This document shows, in pieces, positions 1-16,700 of a DNA stretch of 64,000 nucleotides. Numbering within the stretch: the first letter of the stretch is position 1; each line of letters begins with the position of its first letter. The notes beneath the pieces are model-generated. The model made no database searches. It was given only the letters and a program-made list of their open reading frames with translations, and was not told the origin of the DNA. The position numbers were made by a program, and so were the translations under genes. The stretch comes from Ignavibacteriota bacterium (GTDB lineage: Bacteria; Bacteroidota; Ignavibacteria; Palsa-1295): the NCBI GenBank assembly GCA_963787835.1, contig CAWBEI010000002.1, forward strand, positions 1,344,001 to 1,408,000, read 5' to 3'.

Positions 1-745
1 CCGATTCATCGAGGCAGATCGGCGTATCGATCGAGTGCGAAAGCTCGGCGGATTCTTCCAGCGCATCGGCGGCAAATGGCTGCTCAATCATCATAAGGCC
101 GAACTCCTCCAGCGAACATAGCAGATCGAAATGTTCGTCGAAATTGTAGGCCCCATTCGCATCGACCATGAGCGACAGTTTTTTGCCGAACAGCATTCGG
201 ATCTCCACCAGAGGCTCGAAATCCCATTCTGGCGCGATCTTGATCTTTACGCGTTGGTAACCATCCTTAAGATACCGAGCAATACGATCGAGAAGCTCAT
301 CGATGGAATCGTAAATTCCAACAGCCAGTCCCGAAGCGATCTTGCCAGATGGCGCGCCGAGCAGTCCTCGAATTGTCGTTCCATTCTTTGCAGCGAACAG
401 ATCCCACACCGATCCTTCGATTCCCGCTCGCGCGAAGGGATCTTTGCCAAACTCATTCAGATGTTCCGCATAGGATGTTGGCTCGGAAAGATTTCGAGTT
501 AAAATATCCGGAATAAGGTCGTTCGCCAATACAGCCCATGTGGTTCCCGGCGTTTCGCTCGAATAGAACGATCCACTCATCGGTGACGCTTCACCATATC
601 CCCTGTGGTTCCCGGAATACAGTTCCACAATAATGCTTTCTTTCTCCGACACTACCCCATTCGAGATGCGAAATGGCTCCTGCATCTGCACTTTTACATG
701 ACGAAGTACGGCTCGATCTATCATAATTCCGGTCGATGTCGTCAT
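1..745 (-). CDS. menC: o-succinylbenzoate synthase / N-acylamino acid racemase (enolase superfamily), 3'-truncated by window edge
   Basis: Not in the ORF track; manual translation gives MTTSTGIMIDRAVLRHVKVQMQEPFRISNG...GYGEASP...GYQRVKIKIAPEWD...MVDANG...MIEQPF...PICLDES (KxK motif and D/E/D metal ligands). The start overlaps the upstream permease stop (ATGA at 742-745). Confidence 0.8.
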   Translation of the reverse strand, partial: MTTSTGIMIDRAVLRHVKVQMQEPFRISNGVVSEKESIIVELYSGNHRGYGEASPMSGSFYSSETPGTTWAVLANDLIPDILTRNLSEPTSYAEHLNEFGKDPFARAGIEGSVWDLFAAKNGTTIRGLLGAPSGKIASGLAVGIYDSIDELLDRIARYLKDGYQRVKIKIAPEWDFEPLVEIRMLFGKKLSLMVDANGAYNFDEHFDLLCSLEEFGLMMIEQPFAADALEESAELSHSIDTPICLDES

Positions 746-1578
746 CTTTTTACTCCCGTTCGCAAAAATGCTTGTGTGACATACCTCTGTGCGAAAACAT
801 AACAAAGAATGATTGGCACAATTGCAATGAGTGTACCAGCCATCAGCAAATCATACCTAAAATTATGTTGGACCGTTTCGAGTACCGCAAGACCAAAGGT
901 TAGCGGCATCTTTTCCTCGCTCGAAAGGAAGAGAACGGGAGTGAGGAGGTCATTCCATATTCCCATGAACACAAATAGTGAAAGTACTGCAAGCGCCGGT
1001 TTTGAAAGCGGTAGAAGTATGGTAGCGAAGAAACGGAATCGGCTTGCTCCATCGATGCGTGAGGCATCTTCCAATTCTTTCGGCACCGATTCAAAAAATT
1101 GGCGTAGCAAGAACACTCCGAACGCCCCGGAAGCAAATGCCCCTCCGAAAAAATGTGGCACAATGAGCGAAGCATGATTATCGAGCCAGCCGAGCGAGTG
1201 AATGACAACGTAAACCGGAATCATCGTGACTTGGAAGGGAATCATCATGGTAGCAAGCAACACGCCGAATATGATCCGCTTGCCTCGAAACTCCATTCGC
1301 GCAAAAGCAAATGCCGCAAGGGACGCGGCCAGAACTTCGCCGAGCGTGCCCAACACCGATATCTTGATAGAGTTAAAAAAGAATGTGCCGATCGGCATGT
1401 CGTGAAATACTTCCCAATAGTTTGAAAAGCGAGGTGAAGCGGGAATGATCTGCGGAGGAAAACGAACAAGAGATTCAGGAGCCTGAAGCGAAGTAACGAT
1501 CATCCATAAGAATGGCGCGATCATCACCATTGCAATGATCGTGAGTACAAGATAACGCAAGACGTTGGTATGTTTCAT
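742..1578 (-). CDS. carbohydrate-type (CUT1) ABC transporter permease, MalG-like
   Basis: Multiple TM segments and EAA loop (PKELEDASRIDGAS). Start MKHTNV chosen because of the ATGA overlap with the upstream gene. Confidence 0.9.
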   Translation of the reverse strand: MKHTNVLRYLVLTIIAMVMIAPFLWMIVTSLQAPESLVRFPPQIIPASPRFSNYWEVFHDMPIGTFFFNSIKISVLGTLGEVLAASLAAFAFARMEFRGKRIIFGVLLATMMIPFQVTMIPVYVVIHSLGWLDNHASLIVPHFFGGAFASGAFGVFLLRQFFESVPKELEDASRIDGASRFRFFATILLPLSKPALAVLSLFVFMGIWNDLLTPVLFLSSEEKMPLTFGLAVLETVQHNFRYDLLMAGTLIAIVPIILCYVFAQRYVTQAFLRTGVKR

Positions 1579-2435
1579 TGCTGAAATACCCACCTCTTTC
1601 GTGCAAGAAATTGCAATGCTGTAACAGCCAGCACAGGCAGGAAGAATAAATATCCTAATGCACTTGCGCCGCCCAGATTAAAGAAACGGAATGCTGTTTG
1701 CCAGATATAATAACTGAGCGTAAGCGTAGAAACACCAGGGCCGCCATTCGTCATCACAAACGTCTGCTCGAAAACCTGAAACGCGCCGATCGTTGTCACC
1801 ACAAGTACAAAAAAGGTTACGGGCGAAAGCATCGGGAGTGTGATATGCAGGAACCTGCTCCAAGCAGATGAGCCATCGAGCCGCGCTGCTTCGTAATAAT
1901 CTTTTGGAATGTTCGATAGTCCCGCAAGGAAGATCATCATGTTATATCCCGCGTTTTTCCAGATGCTCATGATCGCAATTGCAGGCATTGCCCAATGTGG
2001 ATCTTGCAGCCATTTAGGGCCGTCGATGCCGATCATCGAGAGCAGGTAATTCAGAAGGCCAACATCGCTATTATACATCCAAGACCAAATAATAGCTGCC
2101 GCAACCATGGATGTTACAACAGGAAGGAAATAGATCGTTCGAAAAAATGCGATGCCTTGCACGCGTTTTTCGACCAGAAGTGCAAGGCCAAGGGAGACAG
2201 CAATACTTGCTGGAACATAAAGCAACGCATAATATACCGTGTTTCCAGCCACTTGCCAGAAAAGAGCAGAGTTCAGATACTCTCGATAATTTTGAGTACC
2301 AATAAATTTGGGTGACGCTCCAATATCGAATTGTGTGAATGAGAGTCCAAGCGATGCAAGGATCGGTCCAGCGATAAAGACCGTCAGGCCGATCAGGATG
2401 GGAAGTAAGTAGAGATATGCAGAGCGGAATCTCAT
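1575..2435 (-). CDS. carbohydrate-type (CUT1) ABC transporter permease, MalF/UgpA-like
   Basis: FFRTIYFLPVVTS, WKNAGYNMMIFLAGL and YEAARLDGSS EAA loop. Confidence 0.9.
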   Translation of the reverse strand: MRFRSAYLYLLPILIGLTVFIAGPILASLGLSFTQFDIGASPKFIGTQNYREYLNSALFWQVAGNTVYYALLYVPASIAVSLGLALLVEKRVQGIAFFRTIYFLPVVTSMVAAAIIWSWMYNSDVGLLNYLLSMIGIDGPKWLQDPHWAMPAIAIMSIWKNAGYNMMIFLAGLSNIPKDYYEAARLDGSSAWSRFLHITLPMLSPVTFFVLVVTTIGAFQVFEQTFVMTNGGPGVSTLTLSYYIWQTAFRFFNLGGASALGYLFFLPVLAVTALQFLARKRWVFQQ

Positions 2436-3724
2436 GGTGTTGGGCGGTTGCGAGCGAGGACTTCGTTCATCTTTGCGTCGATAGCGGCACAGCCGTCGTG
2501 AACGGATATGCGTCCGGCGAGCATGTCATCCATATTGGGAATGAATCCGTGATCGCGCCACTCCTGCCATCCAAGCGAGACAAGCGAGAATACGTGGCTC
2601 GAAGTGATCAGATCGACAAGTGCGCGGCGGTTGCATTTTGGCTCGCCATCCAGATATTCACTCGAATAGGCAAGAGGCTTGTATAGCGGCATCCCCGAAA
2701 AATAGAGATTGCCAACACCTTTCTTGGTGGGCAGCGTAACGATCCATTTAATGAGCTGCCATGCAGAATCGGGTTGCTCACATGTTTTTGCAATGCCGAA
2801 TGCCTGCCCATTCTCGCGATCCATAAGCCCCGCAGATCCTTTCGGCGGCGAGGCGACATCCCATCGAAAGCTGGAGTGGGCAAGTTCGGTCTTGGCGTAA
2901 TCAATATGCATCATCATCGCAGCATGTCCAAGCATGAATTGCTGCCCGAGATTGACCGAAGGATCCGGCGGCGGAGCAACATGCTCTTTTTGCACAAGAT
3001 CCACCCACGTTTGGACTGCGGATACTGTAGCGGGCGACATCATCTCGCTTTTTGTTGCATCATCCGAGAGTATTTTCCCTCCGTTCGAATAAATGTAAGT
3101 ATCCACGCCCGGGAATATCCCATCATCGACGATCATGCCCCACGTTTTTTCTTGTGGATTAGAGGCCGTGTTCGTCATGCGGCGCGCGGCGTCCAGCATC
3201 ATTGAGTAGGTCCAGGTTGAATCGGGGTAGGAGATATGCGCTTTGTCGAAAAGGTCCTTATTGTAAAAAAGCGATGTCACTCCTCCGGAAGCCGGCATTG
3301 CCATCAGTGGGCCGTTAGGAACGTTCCCTTTTCGCCAGACAGTAAAAAATTGAGTGAAGAAATCGCTATCGTGTAGATCTCGGTGATAAAACGAATCGAG
3401 TTGGATCGTATAGTTGCGTTTGAAAATATCCGGATTGAACCAATCGTCGATCAGAACAACATCTCCGATCGAACTTCCACTTGCTGCTGCTGCTTCGATC
3501 TTTGCAGTGTAGAGTCCGTATGGGATCGCTTCCACTTCCACATCAATACCCGGATGTGCTTTCATAAAAGGATCGACGACATCATGCTGCCAGGTATCTT
3601 TTTGATCGAGATAGAAATGAACGAGCTTTAGATGGACTTTGCCCGGAGTTGCACTTTGATCGCGGCTGCAACCAAACGAACATAAAACGATCGCAAGGAC
3701 AACAAGGGACGCAAATGATTTCAT
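2432..3724 (-). CDS. ABC transporter substrate-binding lipoprotein (SBP_bac_1-like)
   Basis: Lipobox SFGC, LFYNKDLFDKAHISYPDSTWT motif, operon position. Confidence 0.88.
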   Translation of the reverse strand: MKSFASLVVLAIVLCSFGCSRDQSATPGKVHLKLVHFYLDQKDTWQHDVVDPFMKAHPGIDVEVEAIPYGLYTAKIEAAAASGSSIGDVVLIDDWFNPDIFKRNYTIQLDSFYHRDLHDSDFFTQFFTVWRKGNVPNGPLMAMPASGGVTSLFYNKDLFDKAHISYPDSTWTYSMMLDAARRMTNTASNPQEKTWGMIVDDGIFPGVDTYIYSNGGKILSDDATKSEMMSPATVSAVQTWVDLVQKEHVAPPPDPSVNLGQQFMLGHAAMMMHIDYAKTELAHSSFRWDVASPPKGSAGLMDRENGQAFGIAKTCEQPDSAWQLIKWIVTLPTKKGVGNLYFSGMPLYKPLAYSSEYLDGEPKCNRRALVDLITSSHVFSLVSLGWQEWRDHGFIPNMDDMLAGRISVHDGCAAIDAKMNEVLARNRPTP

Positions 3725-4608
3725 TTGATTTTTGCGATTATATCGTAATAGCGGTGTTGATGCTCCGCAATGTTCTCATATTCCTTCGAGTACAAATCCA
3801 TTCGCGCCAGGGATTCTAAGTCTGCACGAGTATCGTCGGGATCATTGATAAGCACAACATTCGCAGTGGTACGACGTTCATCGAGATCAATATCGGCAAT
3901 TGCAAGCCCGCCGCGCCGTCCTGTTTGAGCGATAATATCTCCATTAAAATCCACAATACGTGCATTACCCGGATGATAACGGCCGTTATAGGGCGCATAC
4001 GGTGGATGCCCTGCCAGATTCGATTCGACGATCCAGAGCGAATTATCAATGGCTCTGGAACGAAGTTGAGCTTCCAGTCCGGATTGCGTTGGCCCATGCG
4101 TGGTCGTTGGCCAGAACAGAAGTTCCGCGCCTTTCATAGTGTAGATACGCGCGATCTCTGGGAAATAAATATCCATGCAGATCATGATGGCGATCTTTGC
4201 AAAGCCAACATCGATAATTGGGATGTCGCTGCCGGGTGTAACCCATGTTGCTTCGGAACCCGTCGGCTGGACCTTTCGATAGTGTCCGATCGCGTTTCCT
4301 GAAGCATCGAAGACCGTGGCCTGATTAAAAATGCTCTTTCCATCTGCAGAGAAAAATGGCGCGATAACTGCAATGGAATGCTTCCGAGCCTGCTCTTGAA
4401 AGAACGATGTCCATACGTCAGACACCTCCGGTTTGCCATTTGAGTTTGGAACGCCATTCGTTGTTACGGTTTCTGGCAGGCAGACGATCTGTGCGCCCGA
4501 CGCGCCTGCCTCTTGGATATAGGTTGCTGCACGGCGTAGATTCAACTCCACCGTATGGGGCGAATCCTCCATAAGAAAGGAAATCGAGGCAACCCGTATT
4601 TTTCGCAT
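3721..4608 (-). CDS. carbon-nitrogen hydrolase (nitrilase superfamily)
   Basis: Catalytic triad motifs CLPE, YRKV and ICMDIYFPE. Confidence 0.9.
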   Translation of the reverse strand: MRKIRVASISFLMEDSPHTVELNLRRAATYIQEAGASGAQIVCLPETVTTNGVPNSNGKPEVSDVWTSFFQEQARKHSIAVIAPFFSADGKSIFNQATVFDASGNAIGHYRKVQPTGSEATWVTPGSDIPIIDVGFAKIAIMICMDIYFPEIARIYTMKGAELLFWPTTTHGPTQSGLEAQLRSRAIDNSLWIVESNLAGHPPYAPYNGRYHPGNARIVDFNGDIIAQTGRRGGLAIADIDLDERRTTANVVLINDPDDTRADLESLARMDLYSKEYENIAEHQHRYYDIIAKIK

Positions 4609-4733
4609 GATTAATGAACGAAGCGGGGTGCTGTACCCGTTTCTTTGTTCGCAAAATATTACATCGCCTATTTCGTCTTAATTTCAGACTTCGGGAGTGC
4701 CGTCCGAGGGTCATCACTAATACAGCTCTTGTC

Positions 4734-7213
<2,480 letters not shown>

Positions 7214-7230
7214 TTAATTAGTTTTTCATA

Positions 7231-7238
7231 CAAATATA
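7231..7238 (-). promoter_or_regulatory. Bacteroidota-type -7 promoter box (TATATTTG) for guaB
   Basis: cgTATATTTG matches TAnnTTTG, about 75 bp upstream of the guaB start. Confidence 0.55.
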
Positions 7239-7345
7239 CGAAGATTTTGGCTGCGGCACCTTTAAAATCGTGTGTTTAAGCTCATTCTTATAATGGGAAT
7301 CGAACCAACGCTGTAAGCCCTTGCGTTAATGTTTTCAGGATTATA

Positions 7346-8851
7346 ATGGCATCACTCGAGACCTTCCGATCTTTTGGCGAAAGTCTGAAAGCAGCGCGCA
7401 TCGAGCAAAAACGCAGCTTGGATGACCTCGCATCTGCTATAAAGATCAACCGACGCCATCTTGAAGCGATCGAGGCTGGGGATCTTACAAAATTGCCGCA
7501 GGGTCCGTACGTGGCGGCGTTTCTCAGGGAATATGCCAGAGCATTGGGACTCGTTGTACCCTCGGAGTTCGCACCGGTTCCAAGTGTTTCAACCGCTTCT
7601 ACACGCGATCCCAAGGTTGTTAGCCATCCCGCTAAGGGTCTGGAGGGAAGAAATGCACCATTGTCGCAAGTGGCACGAGGTACCGCGAGGCTTGCTAATT
7701 CCGCTGTAAAGACTGCGGTGAGGTCAGTTTCGAAAACGACGGAGAATGTCGTGAATCTGGTGGAGACAGGCGGCAAAGAAGCCCTGGAGGTACTCACCTC
7801 AAAAAGTTTGTGGGATGAGGTCGAGAACGTAAGACGTGAACGCCACGGGCTTCCACCGATCGAACCGCCAGCCGAGATGCCGCCAAAACGCATCGTTGAG
7901 AATAAGCCACTTCTTGGCTACAAGCGTGCAACCGAAGAGGAATCGGAAGAAGAGCCGCAACCTTCCCCGGTTATCGGTCAGCGAATCCCAAAATCGGTTC
8001 CCATTCGTTCCTCCAAACGGATAACGAACATTGTGATCGTTGTGCTCGCCCTTGTGTTTGCGGGCGTGGCATATCTGGCGATCCACATGTCAAAAAACGA
8101 CAATGGGACTATCGCGAATAAAGACTATGTTCCTGCTCCGGTGGAGAAGCCGCAGCCGATCCCAGCGACGAAGCATGATGTAGCGCCAGCGGCTATTCCT
8201 CCTGTGAGCAGTGTTGTGGAAAAGCCCGCTGTCAACGATTCTCTTCGCTTTGTGTTGCGAGCGACCCAGCCGGTATGGGTTTCGATCGCCCCGGATGGAA
8301 TTCCCGCCTATCGTGGTGAACTAAAATCAGGGGAGGTTCGGGCATTTCGCGCGAGGGATAAGATCGTTGTAAATATTGGTAATCAAAAATCGGTCGTGAT
8401 GACGTTCGATGGTGCTCCGATCTCCGGGCTTCCGGCTGTGCAGAACTCAAGTGTCGTCGTTCGCGATCTCGTCTTGATGAGGGATCATGTTACGCTGGGA
8501 GGGAATTCCATCGATCTGCATAAACTCACGGGAGTTCCTGCTGCTGCATCGACCGTTCCAGTTTCTCCTAAGCCTTTCCCTGTTCCGGCGAAAGCAAGTA
8601 TTCCGGTTGGGAAGAATTCCGTATCAACTCCCTCGAAACATGCAACGCACGTATCAGCGAATGATACGCATGGGAAATCCGCCAAGAACAACTCATTCGC
8701 AAAGGGAAATAAATCGGTTAAGGGCAAGGCACCTGTGAAAGGCACGCCCGCGAAGAACAACAAGGCAGCGAAGGGGAAGAAAACGCCGAAAAAGCCTTCT
8801 CAGCCAACGCCGATTATCCATCCCGTGGAGCCAATTCCACCGAGGCCGTAA
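7346..8851 (+). CDS. rodZ: RodZ-like protein (HTH, TM, DUF4115-like domain, Lys/Pro-rich tail)
   Basis: N-terminal FGESLKAARIEQKRSLDDLASAIKINRRHLEAIEAGD...YVAAFLREYARALGL, one TM, then LRATQPVWVSI...IVVNIGN. Confidence 0.8.
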   Translation: MASLETFRSFGESLKAARIEQKRSLDDLASAIKINRRHLEAIEAGDLTKLPQGPYVAAFLREYARALGLVVPSEFAPVPSVSTASTRDPKVVSHPAKGLEGRNAPLSQVARGTARLANSAVKTAVRSVSKTTENVVNLVETGGKEALEVLTSKSLWDEVENVRRERHGLPPIEPPAEMPPKRIVENKPLLGYKRATEEESEEEPQPSPVIGQRIPKSVPIRSSKRITNIVIVVLALVFAGVAYLAIHMSKNDNGTIANKDYVPAPVEKPQPIPATKHDVAPAAIPPVSSVVEKPAVNDSLRFVLRATQPVWVSIAPDGIPAYRGELKSGEVRAFRARDKIVVNIGNQKSVVMTFDGAPISGLPAVQNSSVVVRDLVLMRDHVTLGGNSIDLHKLTGVPAAASTVPVSPKPFPVPAKASIPVGKNSVSTPSKHATHVSANDTHGKSAKNNSFAKGNKSVKGKAPVKGTPAKNNKAAKGKKTPKKPSQPTPIIHPVEPIPPRP

Positions 8852-8876
8852 CTTGTGGGAATATCATTGCGTCCGA

Positions 8877-12490
<3,614 letters not shown>

Positions 12491-12553
12491 TGTGGCCTAT
12501 GTTGATGTATGTTCTTCGATCGTAATTTGAAATTCGTAATTCGTAATTAAAAA

Positions 12554-13594
12554 GTGATCCCTTCTCGTCCGCTCGCTCTTGTTGAAATCGTTACCGAGAC
12601 GTTTACCATTTATTGGCGGACGTTCGCCCGGTATGGTATCCTATTTCTCTTGCTGGTGGTGCCGGGTATTTGCATCATCACGGCTGGAAGCACGGGCCTC
12701 GCGGAAGATGCAATCGTGGCTGCAAGACATGATATTAATTTCAGCGACAGCGATCTTACCATTGTTCGTAACGATTTTAATGCATTCGTTACGCAGCAAA
12801 ATCCAGTGTTGGCAGAAAAACTTCCAGGGGCCGGTCAGGCATATCCTCATGCGACTACTCGTGAGTTGTATCATTATTTCGTTTCAAACCTATCGCGATT
12901 CGCCTCGCCGATCGATCTGATCGCCCTGGGCTTCCTGTTGCTGATACTTGGTGTTTTTGCCCTGGTAGCGATCACGGTCGATCTTGCATCTCAGGTGTTC
13001 GAGGAGCGGCCCCAAGAATTGTTCGGTTCACTGCGAGCCGCTTTCGCAAAGCACGTATGGAAGATCTTACTGCTCTATCTTCTGTATATGATTGCGGTGC
13101 TTGTGCTGGATGGGGTGCTTGATCTTCTCCCCGACGCCGGTGCTGGTGTGTTGAGCGGTTTTGTATTGGTTGCACAGGTTTATTTCATTCTTCGCCTTTT
13201 TGTTACGATCCCTGCGCTGGTCAGTGAGGAGTCTGGACCGTTTCAAGCGATCAGGAGAAGCTGGGAGCTAACCAATGCCGCGGTAGGGCGAATTCTTGGT
13301 AGTTCTATTGTATTTTCCGTAATATTGTTCGTCGGTTTGATGATCGTTGGCGTATTCATGCAACTGCTCTTTAGCAATTTTGCGGTATGGTGGAACGAAT
13401 TTTTAACGCGAGACCGCCTAACCCTTCAATGGCTACTTGAATCCACACCGAGAGCGCTTTGGGCTGCGGCAGCAGAGATGAGCGTTTCGCTACTGGTGGT
13501 ATTCGGGGTGTTGCCAATATTCGGAACAGTGCTGTACTACGATCTCCGTACCCGCCGCGATGGCCCGCTCGTCTATGTCGATGAGCATGCGTGA
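12554..13594 (+). CDS. multi-pass membrane protein (GDPD membrane-anchor-like)
   Basis: Several TMs, EESGPFQAIRRSWELT and terminal LYYDLRTRRDG pattern. Confidence 0.65.
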   Translation: MIPSRPLALVEIVTETFTIYWRTFARYGILFLLLVVPGICIITAGSTGLAEDAIVAARHDINFSDSDLTIVRNDFNAFVTQQNPVLAEKLPGAGQAYPHATTRELYHYFVSNLSRFASPIDLIALGFLLLILGVFALVAITVDLASQVFEERPQELFGSLRAAFAKHVWKILLLYLLYMIAVLVLDGVLDLLPDAGAGVLSGFVLVAQVYFILRLFVTIPALVSEESGPFQAIRRSWELTNAAVGRILGSSIVFSVILFVGLMIVGVFMQLLFSNFAVWWNEFLTRDRLTLQWLLESTPRALWAAAAEMSVSLLVVFGVLPIFGTVLYYDLRTRRDGPLVYVDEHA

Positions 13595-13716
13595 ATAGTC
13601 GCACGACTCGCGCACGGCTATTGTTGTTGACCAAAGAACACATTTTAGCGATCCTGGCAGTGGGGCACCTTTGGCCTGACTGCTGTGACCGCATGGACTA
13701 TTTTAAATAAATTCCG

Positions 13717-16700
13717 TTGACCGCAAGTTCGCTATTTCGATTATTGAGCCCGGTGGTGCAGAAATTGCCCGCCTATACCCGCTTTTCCGAATTATTGCTT
13801 CGCGATAAGGGAGAAACGCTTATTACAAATCTTGTCCCCTCGCTCGATGCGCTCTTGGTGGCCCATGCTTTTGTGAACGAATCCCGTCCGATGCTGCTCA
13901 TTGTTGAAGAAGCCTCGGAAGCGGAGCGGTTGTATGACGATCTTGCGCGGCTTGTCGATGAAGAGAGCCTCGCGCTGTTTTCCGAGGGCGCACATGCCTC
14001 GATATTGAAACGCGAACGGCAAAAACGAACACAAACGGCGGAGGCCACGGCACAGCTTCTCGAAGCGATCGAACGGCTTGCTCATTCGACGAACCCGATC
14101 ATTACGATCACGGATGCAGAATCGCTGGGAACCCGGCTGCCACGAAAACGAGATTTCGCCGGCGAATCGCTGGCGCTTGCATCGCAATCTGACGCTGGAT
14201 TCGAACGGCTCATCCGCTGGCTCGATGCTCATCACTTCGAGCGAAAGAATTTCGTGGAAACGGCAGGCGATTTTGCGGTGCGCGGCGGTATCATCGACGT
14301 GTTCCCATTCACTGAAACCCTCCCGATCCGTATCGAATTTTTCGGCGATACCATCGAGAGCATGCGTGAGTTCGATGCGATCAGCCAGCGTTCGATCGCA
14401 GGAAGAGGCGAGTTGGTGCTTGTTCCGAACATTCTTACGGAGTCTGAGACGGAAGCGGAAGCAACCATTTTCGATTATCTTGCCGCGGGAACCGTCGCGC
14501 TAACAATTGAACCTGACCGCGTACGCGCAAAAATGGAGGAAAGTAATGTTCCACTGGACGTGCTGAATCCACTTCAAAACTTTACACGATTTGCCATTTC
14601 CGCTTTTCCTGCATCCTCAGCCAGTATCATTGATTTTGGAAGCCGGACGCAACCCAGCTTCAATGCAAATCTGAAACTCATTCGTAAGGAGATCCAGAGG
14701 CTCTCGCGCGATAAGTTCCAAACCGTTCTGATGTCGGAATCGAAAGATCTCACGAAACGGCTGAGGGACCTGATGGATGATGAAGGCTCGGAAGTCGAAG
14801 AAGCAGAGCATGCTCTCAACTCCACCCTTCAGTTCATTGAGCCATCGCTTGCGTTTGGTTTTCAGATACCGGATGCGCATCTTGCGATCTACACCGAGCA
14901 TGAACTGTTTGGCCGCCGCCGCGAGCGTGGCGCTTCGGCGCGCAAAAAGGCTGCACGAACGAAGGGGATCTCGCTCAGGGAACTTCGCGCGCTGAAGCGC
15001 GGCGATCTGCTCGTCCATGAAGATAAAGGTATCGGAAAGTTCATGGGGCTTGAAACGATCGTGGTCGGTGGCAAGAAGCAGGAAGTGGTGCGGCTTGTCT
15101 ATCGGGATAACGATGTGCTTTTCGTCAATCTCGATTATATCGGCAGGCTCTCGAAATATTCCGCTGGAGAGACCGTCGGCGATCCGAAGCTTTCAAAACT
15201 TGGTTCCGCAGAATGGCAGCGCGCGAAGGACCGCACGAAAAAACGTCTCAAAGATATTGCCCGCAACCTCATTCAACTGTATGCGAAGCGCAAACAGGCT
15301 GAGGGATTTGCATTCAGCCCCGATGACATCATTCAGCGCGAAATGGAAGCAGCGTTCCTGTATGATGATACGCCAGATCAGGCAAAGGCGACCGAAGATC
15401 TGAAGAAGGATATGCAATCCGCGCATCCGATGGACCGGCTGGTATGTGGCGATGTCGGGTATGGCAAAACGGAAGTTGCAATGCGTGCCGCAATGAAGGC
15501 CGTGCTGGATAAAAAGCAGGTAGCTGTTCTGGTGCCAACGACCATCCTTGCCGAGCAGCATTTTCGCACGTTCTCTGACCGGCTCGATCGGTTCGGAGTG
15601 AAATGCGCGTCGCTCTCACGTTTCAGGACGCATAAAGAGCAGACTGCCATTCTCAAAGATCTCGCGGAAGGGAAAATAGATATTCTGATCGGTACGCACC
15701 GCATTCTCTCGAAAGATATTATCTTCAAAGATCTCGGCCTGCTCATTATCGACGAAGAGCATCGTTTTGGCGTTGCGGCGAAGGAAAAGTTACGTGAACT
15801 CCGCGCGAACGTCGATACCCTCACACTTACGGCAACTCCGATCCCGCGCACGCTGAATTTCTCATTGCTTGGCGCGCGCGATCTTTCCATCATGGAAACT
15901 CCGCCGCGTAATCGGTTGCCGATCATGACCGAAGTGGTTCCAGGCTTCGATGAGAATAGCATCGGCGAAGCGATCAAGCGGGAACTTGCTCGCGGTGGGC
16001 AGATCTATGCCATTACCGACAGGGTCAATGATATTGAGCTGTTCATGAATAAGCTGCGCGAGGTTGCACCACGCGCGCGAGTTGGGCTGGTGCATGGGCA
16101 GATGCCACCCAGCTCCATAGAAAAAGCAATGAAATCCTTTCTCGAACGCAAGATCGATATTTTAGTGGCGACGAAGATCGTGGAATCCGGACTCGACGTG
16201 CCGAATGCGAACACCATTATCATTAATCGCGCACAGAACTTCGGGCTTGCCGAGCTGTACCAATTACGGGGCCGCGTGGGACGCTCCAACGAGCAGGCGT
16301 ATTGCTACCTCATCGCGCCGCCAGTAAGCCAGTTGACTCCGGACGCGCTCCGCCGCTTGGAAGCCATGGAGGAATTTTCCGAACTTGGCGCCGGATTCCA
16401 GCTTGCCATGCGCGATCTCGAAATTCGCGGCGCTGGGAATTTACTCGGTGCCGAACAATCGGGATTTATCAACGAGATCGGGTTCGATCTGTACCAGAAG
16501 ACTGTCGAAGAAGCGGTCGACGAACTAAAGCGCGAGGAGTTCCAGGAGTTGTTCAAAGATGAGATCGCGAGCGAAAAGCGAACCGCGTTCGGACGCAAAC
16601 GCATCAGCGGCGAAGGTGAAGTTACCGTTTCGCTTGGGTCGGACGCGCTTATTCCGGAGAACTATATTGAGGATGATGCCGAACGCTTCGGGTTCTATCA

